The notes under the pieces: generated by a model
Told to the model about the DNA's origin: nothing
Database searches by the model: none
Seen by the model: only the letters and a program-made list of their open reading frames with translations
Program-made: the position numbers and the translations under genes
In this document: piece after piece, positions 53,700 through 64,000 of the stretch
Layout of the letters: each line of letters opens with the position of its first letter
Position numbering within the stretch: the first letter of the stretch is position 1
Source: Octopus vulgaris
Lineage: Eukaryota
Direction of reading: 5' to 3'
Length of the DNA stretch: 64,000 bases
Assembly (NCBI GenBank): GCA_951406725.2
Contig: OX597823.1
Span: 73,718,001 to 73,782,000 of the forward strand

Positions 53700-53871
53700 T
53701 TGTTTTACTTGTTTCGGTATTATAACCCGTTTTCATTCGGGTCTACGCGGGCCACCTTTTAAAAGATGAGGAATTTTGCCATAGAGGCCATGCCTTTCAA
53801 TTGAGCAAACTCGCAAGCACTTTTAACAAAGGTATGCTTATTTGCAGCTCAATTCGACTACATATGCACAC

Positions 53872-53907
<36 letters not shown>

Positions 53908-53969
53908 CGCATTAAATATGTACATATATACGCATTATATATACATGTCTACATATATATATATTTATA

Positions 53970-54051
<82 letters not shown>

Positions 54052-56077
54052 AATTAACACAATATATCTGATTAATAATATCTCTTATGAGTGTGCGGTG
54101 GTGGTGGGCGATAATAATTCACCGTTCTAAAAGACCTGTGGCGGGAATATTTAAACTTTTGCGGCTGTCAACGCTTTCTCTCTATAGGTACAGAGGTGAG
54201 AGAGGTGGTGGGAGAAAGAGTGACAGAGAGACAGTTTCAAGACAGTCAGATGCCCATCACACAATGCCTTACTACAACTATTTGATGATAAATTATTTTC
54301 AGTGATAGAAAATATAAGTTTTAACAAGAGAACGAACACCTTGCAGAATATACTCAAGCAGAAAATTAACTAGCGGCGAGCTGGCAGAAACGTTAGCGCG
54401 CCGGGCGAAATGTTTAGCAGTATTTCGTCTGCCGTTACGTTCTGAGTTCAAATTCCGCCGAGGTCGACTTTGCCTTTCATCCTTTCGGGGTCGATAAATT
54501 AAGTACTAGTTACGCACTGGGGTCGATGTAATCGACCTAATCCGTTTGTCTGTCTTCGTTTGTCCCCTCTATGCTTAGCCCCTTGTGGGCAATAAAGAAA
54601 TAAGAAAATTAACTAGCTCAAAGCCAAAGTCAATGAAAATTTATATTTATAAAGACAGACAACGTCTTCTAAATTAGTTAACTTCCCTACTATTGTCTCT
54701 TTTCTCAGTCAATCTCTAACACTAAAAATTAGGTGTCTTTAAACGGTATAAACACTCCACCAAAAAACGTAGCCACTAACTTGAAAATTGAAGGTAAAGT
54801 AAATATCTTAACACCTAGAGGCCTACACATCACAGTGAAAGACCGACCATAAGCCTAATATCACGAACAAGCCATTTGTCAGACTAATAAACTGTCTTAA
54901 ATGCAATCTAGGTATCATTAGCTAAGAAAATTATTCACATATTCATACTCAAAATAAAAACACTTGACTTTACTTCTCTGAAATAACACATGCGCTTTAA
55001 TCAAATGTTTCAAACAGAACCCAAACAGAAATAAGTGACATTTTTACCATTTTGACATTAAAGATTATTATGCAATGTTGTCAGAACCAGCACTTATCGC
55101 CCTTCTTAACTTTAGCAAATCAATTATGATTATCAAAGTCTCAGAAATTGAGATGATATTACAAAGTAGAAAAATCTTTCCTCTTCCCCAACAGAGCATG
55201 TTGGGAAAAGAAAAATTAATGAACCATTTCAAGTGAGCATGGATAAAAAAAAACAAATTTCACACCAAATACCCCCTGATTTCTGGCGTACTTTGTGTTC
55301 TGTATTAGACATACGCAAGAAGTAATTCAAAAGATAATGTTACTTAACACAAAGAAAAATGTTTCTCACTAAATGAATTAAGTATTAACAAATGAGTTAA
55401 CAAAGCAGTCTTACTTGAATAATTAGATAAATGTTCGCTATTTTCCTTTAACAAAAAAGAATTAGACATATGCAAATGAAGTATAAAATTTTTGTGACTC
55501 GAGATAACAGTCAAATGCAGTGCTATTATTATTATTATTTATTTTTTTTTTTTGCAATGAAAAATTGAACACTTGGTAAATGTGAAAAAAATGAGATAAA
55601 ATGTTCATCGTTATCTTCTTAGCCAAGGAAAATCATTTGCAAATGAGGTATAAAGGTGTCTTTGCGAGAAACAGTAGCCAAAATTTCATTGTTAATTTTT
55701 CACGAAAGAAAATTTAGTGCTTGGAATATAAAGAAAATATTGTGAGTTGAAAAAAAATGTTTTTTCAAAAAGAATATATAGGCGCGAATTTTTTTCCGTT
55801 CGACGCCAAATAAGAGTTTGATCACATCTTTCGTTAGCTTCTTGTCAACAACTGTCTGTCGGAGTCTTGTCATCAACTACTTTCAAGCGGGAAACGCTTT
55901 ATTAACTTCGGAGGGCTCAGATTAGCACAAAGACAATAATTTTGACTGGTAAAACTTCTTGACTACATGCGATTATTCTGTTAGATGATGTCATATAGAA
56001 AACATTTCTCCTTATAGTTGTGTAAATAAGTTTGCAGAAAGGTTAGGTGAGTCACGTAACTCTCTAGAACAGTACTG

Positions 56078-56440
56078 GGATCTTTACCTTGTGACCGACA
56101 GATTTAGAAAATAATTTTTTGTAACTAAACACTTTCAAACTTCGGACACTGGTAGAATGTGTCATATAAAACATCTTTTACTCTTAGCACTTTTGAGAAA
56201 AACTTATATTTACGAAGTTATTTCACGTTAAAGTTCTCGTATTTCGGTAATTTCAACCAATCAATGACGTGTATTCAGCTGAATAAAATTACTGCCGTTG
56301 TTTACCAACAACAACTATCGGCGGTGTATTTTTCGTTTGTCACTGTTATTTATGACATCGTTCGTGCGTTTGTACTGGTTTTAAGGTTTTAGGTTTAGGG
56401 TTTTAGGGTTAGGGTTTTAGGGCTAGGGTTGTCATAAAAA
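56078..56440. mobile_element. Truncated Merlin-like MITE arm with TTAGGG-like tract
   Basis: Matches the left arm of the 20644 element; right arm absent. Confidence 0.7.
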
Positions 56441-56506
56441 CACAACGCGAGGACGTGACACAAGTATAGTGTTATAGGACGCTCAGGAAAGGAAAGAAAG
56501 AAGGAG

Positions 56507-56542
56507 GATTTAACGTTTCGAGCGGAGCTCTTCGTCAAAAAC
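56507..56542 (-). ncRNA. Degenerate minimal hammerhead ribozyme motif (Penelope type)
   Basis: Minus strand GTTT-[T]TGACGA-A-GAGC-TCC-GCTC-GAAAC-GTT-AAAT; the first core C is T. Confidence 0.5.
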
Positions 56543-56617
56543 ATAGAAACAGAAAGCGCCAAGGAAAGAAAGACGGAGAAAGAAAATCGCCAACGATACA
56601 CACGCGTCACATATTGA

Positions 56618-56667
<50 letters not shown>

Positions 56668-56811
56668 TCTCTTATTCTTTTACTTGTTTCAATCATTTGA
56701 CTGTGGCCATGCTGGAGCACCACGTTTAGTCGAATCGCCCCCAGAACTTATTCTTTGTAAGCCTGGTACTTATTCTGGATTTGGTAGACAGAAACTGAAA
56801 GAAGCCCTTCG

Positions 56812-56875
<64 letters not shown>

Positions 56876-57473
56876 TGTGTGTCTGTGTTTGTCCCCCCAA
56901 CATCGCTTAACATCTGATGCTGGTGTGTTTACGTTCCCGTAACTTAGCAGTTCGGCAAAAAGAGACCGATAGAATAAGTGCTAGGCTTACAAAGAAAAAG
57001 TCCTGGGGTCGATTTGCTCGACTATATGCATAGTGCTCCAGCATGGCTGCAATCAAATGACTGAAACAAATAAAAGAATAAGGGTCCGGGAACAGTTGGT
57101 GCACTTGCAATCCCTAAAATTTTCGAGGGGTGCAAAATAAAAATTTGCACCTCCTACATACTTTGCCTAGTTTAGAAGATAGTGTCTGAAAATTGATCTG
57201 TAAAAAAAATTGCTTGAAGTTAGGTTTCCCGACAGTTATCAGGGATTCCACGTTTTTAAAAAGTAATGTCGAAGAACCACTGATCTAGCGATTAACTAAA
57301 TGTTTTTAGGCTTACCCAAGCCATGCCTCAGTACGAATTCAGATAGTGGTGTTTGCCAGTGTTCGCCAACAGTGCTGTGTGTGAATCCCGTTTCTCACTA
57401 TGTGTATGATGCATGTGTTTATTGTGCTTGAAGATGTATGCAGGCTTGCAGCATATCCTGTGCATACATATTA

Positions 57474-58039
57474 TTGGGTTGTCCGGAAAGTTCGTGCCGA
57501 TTTTTAAAGGAAAGAAAAGGGTCAATAAATACTTACCATTACATTTTTAATCAACCAAATATGAACCATTTTGTTGCACAATGCGTCCCCATCTTTCCTT
57601 TAACTTGAAAATACCCTCTTCTCAGAGTTGAGGTAGTTTCATGGCAAAGAAATCATCAAGGTATCTTTTTACGTCATCCAAGGAATTGAAATTTTTACCA
57701 TTAAGAATATTCTGCAGAGACCTGAATAAGTGGAAATCCGAAGGAGCAATATCTGGTAAATATGGAGGGTGGGGTAACACATCCCAGCCAAGCTGCAGCA
57801 ATTTTTTTCTAGTTCCCAAAGCATCAAGCGCCAAAAATGAACTTTCTTATTTTCCATTTTAAAAGGTTACAGAATTAACACAGGTTATAGGAACATAAAC
57901 CTTCTTCCGCGAAAAGATAGCTTAAACTGTGCTCTAAATGGAGGTGTAGTCAAATCCTATTTTATGGACTCAACCATGTTCTAAAATAAGTCGAAAGGTA
58001 AGCTACTATAAATCGGCACGAACTTTCCGGACAACCCAA
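57474..58039 (-). mobile_element. Internally deleted mariner with perfect 30-bp TIRs
   Basis: TA|TTGGGTTGTCCGGAAAGTTCGTGCCGATTT ... exact reverse complement|TA; remnant WDVLPHPPYLPDIAPSDFHLFRSLQN. Confidence 0.92.
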
Positions 58040-60306
58040 TAGTAATAGTGACTTAGCATACATCAACAGATGTGTAGTGCTCTTAAAATGGTGTTTTACT
58101 ATAAGCACCTAGCATTCCATTATAAGCACCAAGCATTTCACTATTTACTCACTCATGAATATGTACTACATACAGAGGCGTTCTAAAGTTAGTCGGAGCG
58201 AGCACGTAGAAAAAGGCGCCGTGACACATACTAATCTTAAACTTATTTCTCTTGTATTACGCAAAATATTTCGTTACTCTCTCTTTTTACTCTTTTACTT
58301 GTTTCAGTCATTTGACTGTGGCCATGCTGGAGTACCGCCTTTAGTCGAGCAAATCGACCCCAGGACTTATTCTTTGTAAGCCTAGTACTTATTCTATCGG
58401 TCTCTTTTGCCGAACCACTAAGTTACGGGGTACGTAAACACACCAGCATCGGTTGTCAAACGATGTTGGGAGGACAAACACAGACACACAGACACATATA
58501 TATATATATACATATATACGACGGGCTTCTTTCAGTTTCCATCTGCCAAATCCACTCACAAGGCTTTGATCGGCCCGAGGCTATAGTAGAAGACATTTAC
58601 CCAACGTGCCACGCAGTGGGACTGAACCCGGAACCATATGGTTGGTAAGCAAGCTACTTACCACACAGCCACTATAATATAAATATAAACTGTATTAACA
58701 TTCATTAATTTCATGTTTCAGGTAACTAAAAGAGTTTTTAAAAAATGTTTAAAAGACTCCAATTTTGAAAAATGTGCTCCCGGGTGGGGGGTAGGGTGGA
58801 GGGCGGTCGCACCCCTTGCTCCTCAGTTAACTACGACACTGATTACCCATCAAAACTAAAGCAGAACGATGTTTGTTTGTCGTCAACTCGGTGATTATGA
58901 ACTTTACTGGGTTTATTTGTAACATTCATCTTTTCACTGAGTATTATTTTCTCGGTGTGGAAAACAACGCCCGTCATCGTATGTATTATTCATAATGATC
59001 GGTATAGTTCGTTACAGTAAAATTGATTTATCGATCAGTAGAGAATGTAAATACAATAATTACTAGACATTCTCTTCCAGTTTTGTTTATCATGTTCTGA
59101 ATTTATAATCCTGTACAAGCTTACCATTTATTTCAAAGTACATGTATATGATCATGTCAGATGATAGTCGTCTCATTAACAAGGCAGCTATATAAGACAG
59201 GCTGTCAAAAACAAAGCCTCATATCGTATGTATATGTAATCATACACATACACCTACACGAGTACGAACCTCTCCTCTATATGTGAGTTTGTGCGTGTGT
59301 AAAGTAGTCACAAAAACAAACAATTCTCTTAAATCATTAATTTTAAAGTCGTACTCTCGTGATTAATCACTCTGTATAAGCAATAATTACGAAAACAAAT
59401 CACAGATAAATGGTGAAATTAGGGGCTTAGTAGAGTATCATATGTGGTGTCAGGAAGGTCAGTGTTAGACATAACTAGAACCTATATATATAAAAGAAAT
59501 AACCTGTAGTAAGGGTGAACTATTTCAGAGTTATTTGCAGGAACAGAATGAAGAGAAACCAACTACGTGCTCCACTAAAATGCGGTACAAACACAACTTA
59601 TCATTAAATACTGTTTGAAATGAGTTTCAGGCGGTATCCTTACAACCCGACACTAGGATAAGTTACTGAATCGGTTTACAGACAGAAAGCCAAAAACAAG
59701 TTACATAACAATATAAAAAGGCTAAGATATAAAACGATAAATCTATGAACATACAAGGTATATATAAAGACTATATCATTCCACCAGAGATAACACAATA
59801 ATTCAATGAACATAATATAATATAAATTTTGTATAAGATTGATACATACTAGTTTAATCTCCAAATGTACAACGCAAATCAAAATAGACTGGCTAGCAAA
59901 AAGATAGATACAGCGACAACAATACATACAATATACTAACATGTAAAAGAGTAGAATATTGAACATAACTATAAATGAAATAAAAATTAATCAAAATTGT
60001 CTGTGTGTGTGTGTGTCCCTCATCACCGCTTGACAACCGGTGTTGGTGTATTTACATCCACGTAATATAGCGGTTCGGCAAAAAGAGACCGATACAATAA
60101 GAACTAGGTTTTAAAAAGTAAGTCCTGGGATCAATTCGTTCGACTAAAGCCCTTCAAGATGGTGTCCTTGCATGTCCGCAGTTAAATGATTGAAACAAGT
60201 GAAAGATAAAAAACATTGGTACCTACAGCCATCTCAGTACACCCCAATTTACTTTTAACGACTGAAAGTTGAGTTGATAGATAAAGCTGGTTTGAGTAAG
60301 GCTGCG

Positions 60307-60712
60307 TGTAAAGATGAAGGAAGAACGAGGAAACCAGGAATATATACACAAAGGTTTAATATGCAGATGGTATATAATGATGATGTATGCTGGACAGAAC
60401 AAGAAAAATATATACGAGATATAACTTCTGCTGGCGGACAGGAACAACGTACGCGTCCAAGGGGTGGCTGAGGTTGCCTGCGGAATAAACGTGCTCTCTA
60501 CTAAAGATCCGAACTCCACCGCGCAACTCGCCTCACTGAGGAAATAGCGGGAAAGGCTTCCTTATATAGCTGGGGGTGGCGCGCTTGGCTGGTCTGTCAC
60601 GTGGTGGGGTGGATAGCCCACGTAAAGCAAGAAGGGCTGGACCATCACGTGATGAGCCAAAATGTGGGTACTTAAAGGTCAAGAGCCAAACTGTAAACAT
60701 GGTTCTGCTACA
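60307..60712 (-). mobile_element. Possible solo LTR
   Basis: Minus strand TGTAG...TTACA ends, internal TATATAA and ATTAAA, GC-rich; no TSD found. Confidence 0.4.
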
Positions 60713-60773
60713 CACTCGACCTCGACAGAAATATTAAAATGAAATATGAAAAGAAAACTGCGTTTACGTACAT

Positions 60774-60819
<46 letters not shown>

Positions 60820-60974
60820 ATGTCCACTCTGAAACTGACACACCGCCACTATTAGCACTACGCACATCATGCAAGAACACAAAAACGCATACAGACACAA
60901 GCATACACATACATACATTTACCACCATTACATAAACACCAAACAATAAACAAATGTATGCAGTAAACTCATAA

Positions 60975-61745
60975 GAATGCTTAACGGTATTTCGTCTGCC
61001 GCTACGTTCTGAGTTCAAATTCCGCCGAGGTCGACTTTGCCTTTCATCCTTTCGGAGTCGATTAAATAAGTACCAGTTACGCACTGGGGTCGATATAATC
61101 GATTTAATCCGTTTGTCTGTCCTTGTTTGTCCTCTCTGCGTTTAGCCCCTTGTGGGTAGTAAAGAAAAAGAAATAGAAATAGGTATTTCGTCTGCCGTTA
61201 CGTTCTGATTTCAAAATCCGCCGAGGTCGACTTTGCCTTTCATCCTTTCGGGGTCTATTAAATAAGTACCAGTTACGCACTGGAGTCGATATAATCGACT
61301 TAATCCCTTTGCCTGTCCTTGTTTGTCCACTCTGTGTTTAACCCCTTGTGGGTGGTAAAGAAATAGGTATTTCGTCTGCCATTACATTCTGAGTTCAAAT
61401 TCCGCCGAGGTCGACTTTGCCTTTCATCCTTTCGGAGTCTATTAAATAAGTACCAGTTACGCACTGGAGTCAATATAATCGACTTAATTCCTTTGTCTGT
61501 CCTTGTTTGTCCCCTCTGTGTTTAGCCCCTTATGGGTAGTAAAGGAAAAGAAATAGAAATAGGTATTTCGTCTGCCGTTACGTTCTGATTTCAAAATCCG
61601 CCGAGTTCGACTTTGCCTTTCATCCTTTCGGGGTCTATTAAATAAGTACCAGTTACGCACTGGAGTCGATATAATCGACTTAATCCCTTTGTCTATCCTA
61701 GTTTGTCCCTTCTATGTTTAGCCCCTTGTGGGCAATAAAGAAATA
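60975..61745 (+). repeat. Tandem array of four 5'-truncated family A SINE units
   Basis: GGTATTTCGTCTGCC..GTAAAGAAA unit of ~180-190 bp repeated four times. Confidence 0.9.
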
Positions 61746-61859
61746 AGAAGCTTGGTTTCTTTTCTTCCTTTTCCATTCTTTTTTAAGTCTTGCTTTCTCT
61801 TTTTTCAATGTCGCTCTGTGGAATACTGGAATAAAGAGAGAATAGAAAATGAGAATTAC

Positions 61860-61924
<65 letters not shown>

Positions 61925-62552
61925 CATAAATGGTGAGTGAGAGAGAGATAGAGAGACAGAGAGAGATGGGGGGGGGAGAAAGGGTGTGAAAAAGATGGCG
62001 TCAATTTATTTACATTTTCAGTGATATGAACCATGACAAGTTTAAAGCAGTCATTGTAATATTTTAGTGTACTGGAAATAGAAGCCAAATCATAATTTAA
62101 TTGCACTCTACTTTCTGTTTGCAAAGGTCAGCGGGAGAACCTTTAAATATGATTTCGACTTGTTAAAAATGGCGACCAAGTCTCTCGCAAACCACAGTGT
62201 ACAAGTTTTTGTCTATATATATGTATCAGCGAAAGAAAGAACTTCTACATGTTATGAAGTTCAGATTTAAAAAAAAAACGAAAGAAAAAACAACACTATT
62301 AGATCTTCCTCAAATAACAACTTAATATATTGTGTGTTTATAATGTGAATGTATGAGCCAATGAAATCTTTACTTTCCAGTCGGATCTGGTATATGACGC
62401 AGCCAAATCTTTTCCAGACGACACCCTACTATCACATGAGTAGATGTTTGAGCCATCGAGGAAGGCCTCTCATGTGGTCTTTTTAGCTGTGAGAAATAGC
62501 AGCCATATATCAATAACCATGTTTTTTTCATGTATGTATGTATGTATGTATG

Positions 62553-62586
<34 letters not shown>

Positions 62587-63338
62587 TGTATGTATGTCAT
62601 TATTCAGTTTTATTTCAAGAATTCTTGCTAATAGAGAAAGAGCCTGTTTCTTATCTAGATCCAAAGGCTCCTTCATTGGAATTTCAACATCAACTGGGCA
62701 TTTGTACACGTTTGGGTGTATATGTGCAGTACTTGGAGTCAGTGCACGAGCAGGTTTGTATGTTTTGTTTTATGTATGTATTCTCATGCAACTATATGCA
62801 TGAGAATACATACATAATCTTTTCTACTCTAGGCACAAGGCCCGAAATTTTTTTGGCAGGGGAGTGGAGTGGGGTGGGGGCAGTCGATCAGATCGACCTC
62901 AGTATGCAACTGGTACTTAATTTATTAACCCCGAAAGGATGACAGGCAAAGTCGACCTCGGCGGAATTTAAACTCAGAACGTTACGATACACGAAATACC
63001 TATTTCTTTACTACCCACAAGGAGCTAAACACAGATGGGACAAACAAGGACAGACAAACGGATTAAGTCGATTATATCGACGCCAGTGCGTAACTGGTAC
63101 TTATTTAATCGACCCCGAAAGGATGAAAGGCAAAGTCGACCTTAGCTGAATTTGAACTCAGAACGTAGCGGCAGACGAAATACCGCTAAGAATTTTGCCG
63201 GGCGTAGTAACGTTTCTGCCAACTCGCCACCTCAGAATACATAAATTGTGATAAACTTCTGGAAAGTTTTACAAATATGTATAGTCTCAGTGATGGCTTG
63301 CATCTGTAGGCTTCGAACCAGCTTTCTCCTATATATAT

Positions 63339-64000
63339 GTAGAAAGAATAGTTATAACTCTTTGACTGCTATTTCTAAATTCGGTGTGTGGTGAGGCAAA
63401 TCGTTGCTAAACCCTTAATTACTTAGTATTACTTAAACTTTCCTCGAATGAGGCTTTTACATGCCGAAATCTACTTGGTGAAATTAATGATTATTCCAAA
63501 TTAATTAATTTCACCCTATATTATTACTGATAACCATATTTCATCCCAGTAAATGACCGCAACATCTTGTCTTGGCTACACGCTGGTGGGAAGGGGTTGG
63601 TGACACAAACTTTCATTCACATTTTGAATTTGGTGATACTGGTAACGGTTTTAGCTCGCTCTGATACTGAGTTGAGATGATGCCTTCTAGTATCTCGAAA
63701 TTTAATATACAATTATTCATAATTGTAGTGTCCTACGCTGATGAGAAAAGAAGTTGGGTAAGTCATAATTATCTAATTCTTATGCTTTCCTAAAACTTAA
63801 TTTCGAAACGTACGTTCGTAGGTGACTTAAAATTGTATGATAGATTGCCGTCATTTCCTTCTCTCTTGCCTGTCTGTGTTTGCCTTTCAAGTGCTGCGGT
63901 TTTACTGAGATCTCCTTTTAGTAGAAAGAATAGCTATAACTCTTTGACTGCTATTTCTAAATTCGGTGTGTGGTGAGGCAAATCGTTGCTAAACCCTTAA
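63339..64000 (+). repeat. Direct repeat with ~582-bp period running off the window edge
   Basis: 63339-63418 recurs almost exactly at 63921-64000. Confidence 0.8.

Overview
AT-rich, repeat-dense eukaryotic genomic DNA. The SINE, MITE and microsatellite repertoire and TTAGGG tracts suggest a coleoid cephalopod, probably Octopus (inference). Genes on +: (1) the 3' part of an AADAC/NCEH1-like HSL-family carboxylesterase, with internal exons 2432-2495 and 2876-2997 and a terminal exon 10596-11239 carrying GESAG; (2) a second intact, same-phase copy of that terminal exon at 30592-31238 in which the catalytic Ser is replaced by Glu (GDEAG), with no recognisable upstream exons of its own; (3) a divergent fem-1-like ankyrin/TPR ORF at 44081-45853. 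RNA-derived features are an intron-containing tRNA-Met with a D-arm deletion and a 5' U2 snRNA fragment. The rest is mobile DNA: mariner remnants (one with a ~245-bp fold-back), a Merlin-like GG..CC/8-bp-TSD MITE family carrying telomeric repeats, piggyBac and pogo MITEs, Helitrons, Tx1/RTE/REL-type LINE relics, Penelope-type hammerhead motifs, several SINE families and two 34-bp minisatellites. CpG density rises visibly near 24 kb. The leading hypothesis is an alternative-last-exon switch between an active esterase and a pseudo-esterase.
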